NCBI GenBank assembly: GCA_963716395.1
Contig: OY970309.1
Location: 512,001 to 576,000 of the forward strand
Source of the DNA: an uncultured Fibrobacteria bacterium
GTDB lineage: Bacteria; Fibrobacterota; Fibrobacteria; UBA11236
Direction: 5' to 3'
DNA length: 64,000 nt
Made by a program: the position numbers and the translations under genes. Shown piece by piece: positions 56,024-64,000 of this stretch. The stretch's first letter is position 1. Each line of letters starts with the position of its first letter. Under the pieces are notes generated by a model, which was given only the letters and a program-made list of their open reading frames with translations, had not been told where the DNA came from and searched no databases.

Positions 56024-57172
56024 TCAGGAATTGCGGTTGCGGTATTCCTCGTACCCGAATTTGCGTACCACCCGCAATTTCCCGTCGGCAGTCCAAATGC
56101 ACAGCGAGGGAAGATTGACGCCGTTGAAGGTGGTGTTCTTGACGATGGTGTAATGCAGCATGTCTTCGAACACCACGCGATCGCCGATGCGCAGCGGGGC
56201 GGCGAAGCTGTAATCGCCGATAACGTCGCCGGCCAGACAGGTGAGCCCGCCCAGCCGATAGGTGTGGGCGTGCACGCCGGCTTCGGCGGCGCCGCGCACG
56301 GCGGGCCGGTAGGGCATTTCCAGCACGTCGGGCATGTGGGCGGTGGCGCTGATGTCGAGAATCGCGATGTCCAGGCCGTTGCGGACGACGTCGAGCACGG
56401 TGGCCACGAGGGGTCCGGTTTGCCAGCCCACGGCTTCGCCGGGTTCGAGATAAACCTCGACACCGTACCGCGCGCGAAAGGATTTCACCACGGCGATGAG
56501 CCGGTCGACGTCGTAGTCGCGGCGGGTAATGTGATGGCCGCCGCCGAAGTTGATCCAGTTCATGCGCGGAATGAATTCTCCGAAAAGCTTTTCAAAGGAG
56601 GCGACGACGCGTTCCAGCGTGTCGGCGTTGTTTTCGCAATGGGCGTGAAAATGCAATCCGGTCACGCCGTCGAGTTCGTCGGGGCGAAACTCTGCGCGCA
56701 CCACGCCCAGGCGCGAATGCGGGGCGGCGGGATCGTACAACGATGTCTGGATTTCGGAGTACCCGGGGTTCACCCGTATCCCGCAAGATACGGCCCGCCC
56801 CGACTCTTTGACCCGGGTCTTATAGCGGCGCCATTGGGAGAAGGAGTTGAAGACGAGGTGATCGGCGATTTTCAGAATGTGGGGAAAATCATTGTCGGAA
56901 TAGGCCACGGAATACACGTGGGTTTCGCGACCGAACTCTTCGGCAGAAAGGCGCGCTTCGTGCAGCGAAGAGGCGGTGGCGCCATGCAGCACCTCGCGCA
57001 TCCAAGGGAAAGCACTCCAAAACGCGAAGCCCTTCAGGGCCAGCAAAATTTTGGCGCCCGATTCCCGCTGCACGCGATCGAGCACCGCAAGGTTACGGCG
57101 CAGGGCCGCCTCTTCCAGCACATAGGCCGGCGAAGGAACGGCGGCGAGGTCGAGCGGGATGGGGTCGGACAT
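56024..57172 (-). CDS. nspC: Carboxy(nor)spermidine decarboxylase
   Basis: LLALKGF (PLP lysine), ASSLHEA, GLHFH, NFGGGHHIT, YLEPGEA, HMPDVLEMPY, CLAGD, YTIVKNTTFNG. Confidence 0.93.
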   Translation of the reverse strand: MSDPIPLDLAAVPSPAYVLEEAALRRNLAVLDRVQRESGAKILLALKGFAFWSAFPWMREVLHGATASSLHEARLSAEEFGRETHVYSVAYSDNDFPHILKIADHLVFNSFSQWRRYKTRVKESGRAVSCGIRVNPGYSEIQTSLYDPAAPHSRLGVVRAEFRPDELDGVTGLHFHAHCENNADTLERVVASFEKLFGEFIPRMNWINFGGGHHITRRDYDVDRLIAVVKSFRARYGVEVYLEPGEAVGWQTGPLVATVLDVVRNGLDIAILDISATAHMPDVLEMPYRPAVRGAAEAGVHAHTYRLGGLTCLAGDVIGDYSFAAPLRIGDRVVFEDMLHYTIVKNTTFNGVNLPSLCIWTADGKLRVVRKFGYEEYRNRNS

Positions 57173-57289
57173 GCGCATGCGAACGGCAAAGGTCAACAGG
57201 CGAATCGAAAAACGAACCCCGCCTTCATCGCACCGTCCGAAAGCGTTGACGCGCCCATGCCGCAGTTGGAATATTCAATTTGACATCGA

Positions 57290-58486
57290 TCACGCTTCGT
57301 GCCAAATCTCTTCGGTCCAGGGCAGACCGCGGCGGTTCATCTCTTCGAGAAAAGGATCGGGATCGAGCTGCTCCATGTTGAACACGCCCGCCCCGCGCCA
57401 TTTTCCCGTCAGCATCAACAGCCCGCCGATCATGGCCGGCACACCCGTGGTGTAGGAGATGGCCTGCGATTCGGTTTCTTCGTAGGCCGCCTCGTGATCG
57501 CAGACGTTATAGGTATAGGTCTTGAGCGGTTTGCCGTTCTTGACGCCTTCGATGAAGCAGCCGATATTGGTTTTGCCCTTGGTGCGCACGCCCAGCGAGG
57601 CGGGATCGGGGAGCACAGCTTGCAGGAATTGCAGCGGCACGATGTCTTGCCCCTGAAAGCGCACCGGCTTGATCGAGGTCATGCCCACGTTCTCGAGCAC
57701 GCGCAAGTGGGTGAGGTAACGGTCGGAAAACGTCATCCAGAAGCGCAGGTTTTTCAGACCCGGAATATTTTTCACCAGCGATTCCAACTCTTCGTGGTAC
57801 ATGAGGTACATCTCTTTGGGACCGAGCTCGGGAAAATCCCAGGTCTTGTGCATCGCCAGGGGTTCGGTTTCTTTCCACGCGCCGCTTTCCCAATAGCGGC
57901 CCTTGGCCGTGACTTCGCGGATATTGATTTCCGGGTTGAAATTGGTGGCGAAGGGATGGCCGTGATCGCCGGCATTGGCGTCGAGAATGTCGATGGAGTG
58001 GATGGCGTCGAAGCGGTTCTTGCGCGCGTGCGCGCAGAACACGTTGGTCACGCCGGGATCGAAACCCGAGCCCAGCAGCGCCATCAGGCCCTTGGCCTGG
58101 AAGCGTTCGTGATAGGCCCATTGCCATTTGTATTCGAATTTGGCCACGTCGGGCGGTTCATAATTGGCGGTGTCGAGGTAATGCACCCCGGTTTCGAGGC
58201 AGGCATCCATGATGGCGAGATCTTGATATGGAAGCGCGACGTTGATCACGAGTTGCGGCTCGAACCTGCGGATTAAAGCGACCACCTCGGCCGGGTCGTC
58301 GGCGTTCACCGCCGCCGTTTCGATGGGAAAATTCCGGCGTTTCAGGATTTGCGCCTTGATGGCCTCGCATTTGGAAACCGTGCGGCTGGCCAGGCACAGC
58401 GCGGAGAACACTTCGGGCGCCTGGCTGCATTTGTGCGCCACCACCCGGCCCACCCCGCCCGCGCCGATCATCAAAACCTTGCCCAT
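57290..58486 (-). CDS. Carboxy(nor)spermidine dehydrogenase (saccharopine dehydrogenase family)
   Basis: IGAGGVG, INVALPYQDL, YLDTANYE, GSGFDPG, TNFNPEINIRE, YTTGVP; adjacent to nspC. Confidence 0.92.
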   Translation of the reverse strand: MGKVLMIGAGGVGRVVAHKCSQAPEVFSALCLASRTVSKCEAIKAQILKRRNFPIETAAVNADDPAEVVALIRRFEPQLVINVALPYQDLAIMDACLETGVHYLDTANYEPPDVAKFEYKWQWAYHERFQAKGLMALLGSGFDPGVTNVFCAHARKNRFDAIHSIDILDANAGDHGHPFATNFNPEINIREVTAKGRYWESGAWKETEPLAMHKTWDFPELGPKEMYLMYHEELESLVKNIPGLKNLRFWMTFSDRYLTHLRVLENVGMTSIKPVRFQGQDIVPLQFLQAVLPDPASLGVRTKGKTNIGCFIEGVKNGKPLKTYTYNVCDHEAAYEETESQAISYTTGVPAMIGGLLMLTGKWRGAGVFNMEQLDPDPFLEEMNRRGLPWTEEIWHEA

Positions 58487-58561
58487 GGTCGTTCTCTCCG
58501 CTTGATGAAAAACCGCAAAACTAGTTTATTCAAAATTCAAACCCCTTACGCCGGAGGCCTC

Positions 58562-58909
58562 ATGGAAGATCAATGCGCGAACCTCGCGAAAAAAAACTGC
58601 GCCCCCTGCCAAGACGGCGTGCCCCCGTTGGCCGGATCGGAATTGGCCCGCTTACAAGGCGATTTGGGGCATGGTTGGAAGGTCGTCGACGGCCATCACC
58701 TGGAAAAATCGTTCGCCTTTCCCGATTTCAATACCGCGCTGGATTTCACCGTGCGCATCGGCGCCGTGGCCGAACACGAAAACCACCACCCGGATCTTTA
58801 TCTGCGTTGGGGCAAGGTGGGCGTCACGCTCTGGACGCATAAAATCAACGGCCTGACCGAAAGCGATTTTGCCTTGGCGGCGAAAATCGAGATGCTGCCG
58901 CATACGTGA
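58562..58909 (+). CDS. phhB: Pterin-4-alpha-carbinolamine dehydratase
   Basis: C.PC, F.DF, ENHHPDL, WTHKINGLTESDF.LAAKI; RBS GGAGG. Confidence 0.92.
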   Translation: MEDQCANLAKKNCAPCQDGVPPLAGSELARLQGDLGHGWKVVDGHHLEKSFAFPDFNTALDFTVRIGAVAEHENHHPDLYLRWGKVGVTLWTHKINGLTESDFALAAKIEMLPHT

Positions 58910-58939
58910 CGGAATGGCCGACCGGCCACGTCGAAAAAA

Positions 58940-59734
58940 TTAAGGCGGATCGCCGTGCAACTTCAAGGTGCCATGCTCCGATGACGAGGCTCCTGGTGTC
59001 ACGAAGTCATACTGAATTTCCAAATCAGCATCGGGCACCGACGCGGGAAACTCCGGAAAGCGCCGCACCTTGAGCAGGGCTTTGCGCGCTAGGCGGTTGA
59101 AGGCCGCGGAAGGGCTTTTTTCGATCCACAACACGCTCAGGATTTCACCATTTCGGCTTACTCGAATCTTCGCCGTCGCATGATTGCCCTTCTTCACCAG
59201 GGCTTTGGGCAGCACCCAAAATTGCTCCACGGCGGCCCGCACCCGCCGGCTCCATTGCCGAATGCCCTGTTCGCGCAGGCGGTTTAATGAATCGCGCCTA
59301 GCCTGCGCGGCCGCGGCGCCCAAAGATTGCGGCGTGATCAAAGTTCCGGTAGAATCGTAATCCCAACGGTTGATTTGTCTGCCCGCTTCGAACAAAACCC
59401 GCATCTTGATCCGACCATTGGGATACCAGTAGGTCAAGGTGTCTTGCGCCCGGCCGTGATTCTCGAACCCCCGGTACCAGGGCTTTCCGTCGGGATACCA
59501 AGCCGCGATCGTCCCGTTCTCTTCCCCGCTGTCGTTATGGGCTGCGAATTTTTTGAACCCGTTTTCGTACCACCAGGTTTCCGCCCCCTGTTTGCGGCCT
59601 TGGGCGTCGAGTTCGATGCGGTAATGCGGGCGGCCCGAAGGATAGGCGCCTTCCTTCACGCTGGGCTTCGACACTGCGCATGCGGTCAGAAGCACCGCGG
59701 TTAAAATTCCGGAGCTGCTCCGGGTCGGCTGCAT
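58940..59734 (-). CDS. Lipoprotein with MORN-variant repeats and a TonB/TolA-like C-terminal domain
   Basis: Lipobox LTAC; repeats WYENG, WYPDG, WYPNG; C-terminus W..P..IRVSRNGEI..S.S.AFNRLARKAL..FPEFP. Confidence 0.75.
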   Translation of the reverse strand: MQPTRSSSGILTAVLLTACAVSKPSVKEGAYPSGRPHYRIELDAQGRKQGAETWWYENGFKKFAAHNDSGEENGTIAAWYPDGKPWYRGFENHGRAQDTLTYWYPNGRIKMRVLFEAGRQINRWDYDSTGTLITPQSLGAAAAQARRDSLNRLREQGIRQWSRRVRAAVEQFWVLPKALVKKGNHATAKIRVSRNGEILSVLWIEKSPSAAFNRLARKALLKVRRFPEFPASVPDADLEIQYDFVTPGASSSEHGTLKLHGDPP

Positions 59735-59743
59735 TTCCTGAAA

Positions 59744-60403
59744 CTAATTGTAGCGGCGCATGACGCCAATGACCCGGCCCAAAATGGAAAAATCCGGAAC
59801 CGAGGCGTCGACGATAATGGGCCGATGGGCGTCATTCGCCGGCTGCAGCCGGATATAAGCGCCTTCGGGGAAAAAATATTTCACCGTGGTTTCTTCGCCC
59901 AATAAGGCGATGACGATTTGACCCGGATCGGCGGTGCGCTGTTGCCGCGCAACCACAAGATCCCCGTCCATGATACCCGCATCCTGCATGCTGTCGCCCT
60001 GCACTTTCAGGGCGAAGACGTTTTCCTGCCGCATCAGGAATTCCCGATCCATGACCACGGTGCCTTCGAGATTTTCCACGGCGAGAATGGGGCGGCCCGC
60101 CGCCACTTTTCCCAAAATGGGAACTTCCACAATGCCTTCGCGCGCTTCCGCGGTTTTATCGAATTCGGGAAGATCGATGCCGCGCGACAATTTCGGAGCG
60201 CGTTCGATGTACTGCTTTTTCGACAAGGCATGCAGAATGCTACGCACGCCGTTGGTGGAGGTTATACTGAACCGCACTCCGATTTCACGCAAAGTGGGAG
60301 GACGGCTGGTGCTTTGAATGCGCTCCTTAATGAATTCGAAAACCTCGCGTTGCCTTGGGGTCAGAGGCTTTCTCTCGCTCGTTGTTTTCCACAAATTCTC
60401 CAC
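59744..60403 (-). CDS. lexA: SOS transcriptional repressor LexA
   Basis: LTPRQ, PPTLREIG, cleavage site VAAG, catalytic GDSM (Ser) and TVK (Lys); RBS GGGAGG. Confidence 0.97.
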   Translation of the reverse strand: MENLWKTTSERKPLTPRQREVFEFIKERIQSTSRPPTLREIGVRFSITSTNGVRSILHALSKKQYIERAPKLSRGIDLPEFDKTAEAREGIVEVPILGKVAAGRPILAVENLEGTVVMDREFLMRQENVFALKVQGDSMQDAGIMDGDLVVARQQRTADPGQIVIALLGEETTVKYFFPEGAYIRLQPANDAHRPIIVDASVPDFSILGRVIGVMRRYN

Positions 60404-60423
60404 AAAACCTCCCGGTTGACCAG

Positions 60424-60465
60424 AATCTACTGCACAAATAAATACCTGTCAAGACGTGCAGTAGA
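60424..60465 (-). promoter_or_regulatory. lexA sigma70 promoter with overlapping candidate LexA boxes
   Basis: The minus strand reads TTGACA-17 nt-TAGATT. The inverted repeat TCTACTGCAC (60426-60435) / GTGCAGTAGA (60456-60465) overlaps the -10 and lies just upstream of the -35. Confidence 0.75.
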
Positions 60466-60471
60466 CAATCC

Positions 60472-60500
60472 TTGCATTCAATTTGGCAATGTGTTAACTT
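60472..60500 (+). promoter_or_regulatory. Divergent sigma70-like promoter
   Basis: TTGCAT (60472-60477), 17 nt, TAACTT (60495-60500), with an extended TG. Confidence 0.55.
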
Positions 60501-60506
60501 AACTCG

Positions 60507-60701
60507 GTGGTACTTCTTAAAATTCTATTGAGTTTGGGTTTTTTGATATTTTGCGCCTTGGTGCTATCTCTGATAAGCCGAATCAACAGCCTGACGCGGC
60601 AAGCGGTAAGACTAGTGGGCGCTGTTCATAGCACCACCGAAGCCGAAAAAACGCTGGCCGCAGAATTTGCGGCGACGCATTCCAAAACCCCTTCCCAATA
60701 A
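60507..60701 (+). CDS. Putative leaderless 64-aa single-pass membrane protein
   Basis: GTG lies 7 nt downstream of the -10 element. N-terminal hydrophobic helix (ILLSLGFLIFCALVLSLI) followed by a helical tail. Confidence 0.5.
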   Translation: MVLLKILLSLGFLIFCALVLSLISRINSLTRQAVRLVGAVHSTTEAEKTLAAEFAATHSKTPSQ

Positions 60702-60844
60702 AGCAGTACCGTATTCCGTCGCCGGGATTTTTTGCGTCCCCCGGAAAGACGGAATTTCAAACCGGACGCATGGCCGACAAACTAAACCCGTCTCCGGAAT
60801 GAGAACGAGGTACGAACGGCCCCAACCAATTCCTAGGAAACAAC

Positions 60845-61579
60845 ATGGATCACATTCTTCTGTACCTTAATCTGGCCCTCTCGGCCTGCACCGTGGCGCT
60901 TTGCGCCTATTTGTTCGCGAAAATGAAAACCGTCTTATATCTGCTCGAACAGCCCGTCGTGAAAAAAATGTCCCCGAACCTTAAACTCAAACCGGTCAAG
61001 ATCGACGAACTTATCGCCGAAAAAAACCGCCAGCAAAATCGTCCCCCGCAAAACGGGCAACGGCCGCAACACCAACACGGCAACCGTCCGCATGGGGATC
61101 GTTTCGAGCAGGAACGCCGGCCCGATCAAGGCCGGGATCGCCAGGAAGGCCGCGATCGGCAGGAGCGCCGCCCCGAACGCCACGAAGGGGATCGCAACCG
61201 CAATCAAGATCGTTTTCGGGATCGCGATCGCAACCGCATGGACCGCGGCAACGGCGAACGCCGGCCGCCGCGTGAACCGCAGCCCGAAGGCCGCGAAGCC
61301 GCTCCGGCCGACGGAGCCCGCCCGCAACCCCAATCATCGGCGCCGTCTCCGGCGGCACATGAAATGGCGCCCTTGGCGCCGCGGCGCCCCCTGCCTTCCA
61401 CGGTGGAGACCGAACCCGTCCGCAACGAGGGGCCGGTCACTACGGCCGAATCGGAAAACTCTGCGGAACCCGGCTTCGGAATCGAAGGCGATATCCAACA
61501 CGGCCGCCGCACACATCTGAAGAAGAAACCCCGCTTCGACCTCGACGAAGAGGAAGTGAACGCCACCACCGAAGGCTGA
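60845..61579 (+). CDS. Membrane-anchored intrinsically disordered protein rich in R, D, E and Q
   Basis: N-terminal TM helix, then a low-complexity charged region; AGGA RBS; followed by a terminator. Confidence 0.75.
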   Translation: MDHILLYLNLALSACTVALCAYLFAKMKTVLYLLEQPVVKKMSPNLKLKPVKIDELIAEKNRQQNRPPQNGQRPQHQHGNRPHGDRFEQERRPDQGRDRQEGRDRQERRPERHEGDRNRNQDRFRDRDRNRMDRGNGERRPPREPQPEGREAAPADGARPQPQSSAPSPAAHEMAPLAPRRPLPSTVETEPVRNEGPVTTAESENSAEPGFGIEGDIQHGRRTHLKKKPRFDLDEEEVNATTEG

Positions 61580-61600
61580 GCTTGCAACCCCGGATGGGTG

Positions 61601-61638
61601 AAATGCCTCCGGCGATGTCGCCGGGGGCATTTTGTTTT
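61601..61638 (+). terminator. Intrinsic terminator
   Basis: AAATGCCTCCGGCGA-TG-TCGCCGGGGGCATTT followed by TGTTTT. Confidence 0.8.
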
Positions 61639-61784
61639 AAAGTCGACTTTTTCCTCGGAACTGGCAGGAGCGCGAAGCTCCGGTATTGGCGGTTTGTTGG
61701 CGATTATATCCTCTGCCGCGGATGGGCAACTCTTCGCCCTCGGTATAACGCCGTTATTTCTGGACCCGCGGATGAAGATGGGTG

Positions 61785-63023
61785 CTAATGAAACCCGAAG
61801 CGCACCGCTGCGGAAAAATGAATGGCCCAATACTCCTTGTCGTTCTGGCCCAGGACCGCGAAGGGAATTCCCAATTGCAGGGAAAAGAGATCGGCGTCAT
61901 CGAACACCAATCCCGGTTCCAGGCTGACGAGATACCCGCCGGATACCGTGGCGTCACCCTGGGTTCCATCCAAGGTGAAATGTCCCTGCACGCCGAGATA
62001 AGGCAGAAACGAGTCCGCCGCATAGCCCACGCGCGCATTCAGAAATGCCACGTCTCCGGGAACCCAGTCGCTGCTGTCGTTGTCGGCAAAGTGGAATTGA
62101 TAGCCGCCGTTGGCTTGCAGCAGAATCTTGTTCATGGCGTAATCGCCGATGGCCGTCAGAATCAGGCGATTGTGGTTGAAACCGCCGTTGGCCAACGAAG
62201 TTCCCACACTGTAGCTGGCATCAAGGCCTATTCCCAAAGGCCGGTAGGTGTATTTCAAGCCGAAAGCCAAATCGCGCGGCAGGGGTGCGGCCGGCAATCC
62301 ACTGGGGGAATAGGTGTGAAAGGGCAATTGAAAATGAGCCTCCAGCCCGAAGGGGAAGCCCATGCGCAAAGTCAGCGGGAAGTCGCTTTGTTTTTCCTTG
62401 CTCGAATCGGCAAAGTTGTGGCGCTTGCCGCTGGAGTCGATGGTCCCGAACACCGACGTGTATTGATATCCCTCTTCCACTTGCACGACAAAGGGGCGCA
62501 CCGACAGGTTCTCTTCGAGAAAGGATTTATCCCTGAAACTGAAAGGCCGCTCGAAGTTCAAGCTATCGCCTTTGTGCACATTCACCTTTTCCTCGCGCAT
62601 GCGGTACATGGCCGACGGCGGCACCAGTTTCAGGGTATAGGTGCCGGGCAGCACCAGATTGTTGGAATACGGCGAGGTCCCCAATTTCACGCCGTCCAAC
62701 CAGATTTCCCCCGAATCGGGATCGGTGTGGATTTTCAAGGCGCCATAATTGGCCGGCATGTCATGCTTGACCTGGGTATGCTCCCCGTCGGTGACGGCCA
62801 CATCGGGAACATTCACCGTGTCTTTGCCGTTGATGAGCCACAGGTTGTAGGTGCCGGCCGGCAATTCGCGGCTATCGAGCGGCGAATCGCCCAGGTATTG
62901 CATCTGGTTCGATCCCGAAGTCGAATACCAGACCTCGACGCCGGAAGGATTGGTTTCCAAAGACAAATAGCCCGACGCCCAGGCGCCGGCGCACAGTAAA
63001 CCGATTCCGAGCCAAACGCGCAT
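61785..63023 (-). CDS. Two PEGA domains fused to a C-terminal outer-membrane beta-barrel
   Basis: GYLSLETNPSGVEVW..LGDSPL..LPAGTY and GALKIHTDP..IWLDG..LGTSP..PGTY; amphipathic strands ending VRFGFH. Confidence 0.78.
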   Translation of the reverse strand: MRVWLGIGLLCAGAWASGYLSLETNPSGVEVWYSTSGSNQMQYLGDSPLDSRELPAGTYNLWLINGKDTVNVPDVAVTDGEHTQVKHDMPANYGALKIHTDPDSGEIWLDGVKLGTSPYSNNLVLPGTYTLKLVPPSAMYRMREEKVNVHKGDSLNFERPFSFRDKSFLEENLSVRPFVVQVEEGYQYTSVFGTIDSSGKRHNFADSSKEKQSDFPLTLRMGFPFGLEAHFQLPFHTYSPSGLPAAPLPRDLAFGLKYTYRPLGIGLDASYSVGTSLANGGFNHNRLILTAIGDYAMNKILLQANGGYQFHFADNDSSDWVPGDVAFLNARVGYAADSFLPYLGVQGHFTLDGTQGDATVSGGYLVSLEPGLVFDDADLFSLQLGIPFAVLGQNDKEYWAIHFSAAVRFGFH

Positions 63024-63185
63024 TCGCGGAATAATAGTTTTCCGGAAATTCCCCCGGGAGTCCGAAACCGTAACGTTCTGAAAATCCGGAAGAATTCCCG
63101 GACCGCCGCACCGAACTTGGGGCTACCCTAGTCCCGGCCGGCGCGGGCTTGCTAGGTTTTCCGCTTTCAACCCCCGGGGTTCGCC

Positions 63186-64000
63186 ATGATTGCATCGTCG
63201 CTTCGATCGTTGCTCGAAAAGCTGAACAAATACACGCGCACCTGCCTGGAAGGATCGGTGGGAGCGGCGGTGACGCGCGGGCATTACGAAGTCACGGCCA
63301 GCCATATTTTGTCGCAGGCGCTGGAAGAAGGCCACGGGGATTTGAGCTACATCCTGGCCTATTTCAAGGTGAACGGCGGTTTGTTCAAGAACGCCCTGCA
63401 ACAGGATTTAAAGGAACTCAAGGTCGGTAACACGGGCAAGCCGGTTTTCTCTCCGGCCATGATGAACCTGTTCGAAGCGGCCTGGATGGAGTCTTCGCTG
63501 AACCTGGGGCAAAGCCAAATCCGCACGGCGTCACTGCTTCTGGCCATGCGCCGCAATTCGGCGCAATTGTCGCCGGGTCTGGCCGATCAGTTGGCGTTGA
63601 TTTCGCCCGACGCCTTAACGGCGAAGTTCGACGAGATCACTTCGCAAAGCAAAGAAACCAACGAGGCCCCGCAAGGCGCGGGCCGCGGCGCCGACGGCCA
63701 GCCGGCCGAAGGCTCGGCCCTGCAGCAATTCACCGTCAACCTGACCGAACAGGCGCGGCAGGGAAAAATGGATCCGATTTTCGGACGCGACGATGAAATC
63801 CGCATGGTGATCGACATCCTGTCGCGGCGGCGCAAGAACAATCCCATTCTGGTGGGTGAAGCCGGCGTGGGTAAAACCGCGGTGGTCGAAGGCCTGGCGC
63901 TGAGCATCGCCCAAGGCAATGTTCCCGACATCCTGAAAGGCGTGGAAATCCGCAACCTCGACATGGGCCTGATGCAGGCCGGCGCGGGCGTGCGGGGAGA
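63186..64000 (+). CDS. tssH: Type VI secretion system AAA+ ATPase ClpV/TssH (5' part; runs off the window and is absent from the ORF track)
   Basis: My translation: MIASSLRSLLEKLNKYTRTCLEG...HYEVTASH...GNTGKPVFSP...AW..SSL..IR..LLLA, a ClpV-type N-domain. Then DPIFGRDDEIR..DILSRRRKNNPILVGEAGVGKTAVVEGLA and LDMGLMQAGAGVRG. Confidence 0.85.
   Translation, partial: MIASSLRSLLEKLNKYTRTCLEGSVGAAVTRGHYEVTASHILSQALEEGHGDLSYILAYFKVNGGLFKNALQQDLKELKVGNTGKPVFSPAMMNLFEAAWMESSLNLGQSQIRTASLLLAMRRNSAQLSPGLADQLALISPDALTAKFDEITSQSKETNEAPQGAGRGADGQPAEGSALQQFTVNLTEQARQGKMDPIFGRDDEIRMVIDILSRRRKNNPILVGEAGVGKTAVVEGLALSIAQGNVPDILKGVEIRNLDMGLMQAGAGVRG

Overview
GC-rich bacterial chromosome segment, most likely from a Fibrobacterota member (inferred from a fibro-slime domain protein, Fibrobacterota-style secretion tails and GTGCA-type LexA half-sites). 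Layout: recC (partial, one frameshift)-recB-recD at 1-8.4 kb, then a ~45 kb island of secreted plant-polysaccharide enzymes (2x GH30, GH5, 2x GH9 including GH9-CBM3c, GH54, GH43+CBM32, five CE1-like esterases, a tandem SGNH esterase, a BNR-4/PL25-like propeller, DUF1080). These are mixed with uncharacterised lipoproteins, outer-membrane beta-barrels and two large surface proteins. The rest holds an FHA-GAF adenylate cyclase, TlpA, the carboxy(nor)spermidine pathway, a pterin dehydratase, lexA with a divergent small membrane ORF, a PEGA-barrel protein and the 5' part of a type VI secretion ATPase (tssH/clpV). No rRNA, tRNA, CRISPR array or transposase was seen. Best leads: (1) a leaderless small membrane protein divergent from lexA, a candidate SOS division inhibitor; (2) a T9SS-CTD-like domain nested inside an N-terminal beta-sandwich in two esterases, plus very short CTD-like tails; (3) a T6SS ClpV in a probable Fibrobacterota genome; (4) a repeated 21-bp operator-like motif upstream of the cellulase pair. 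All family calls come from recognising motifs by eye; no database searches were run.
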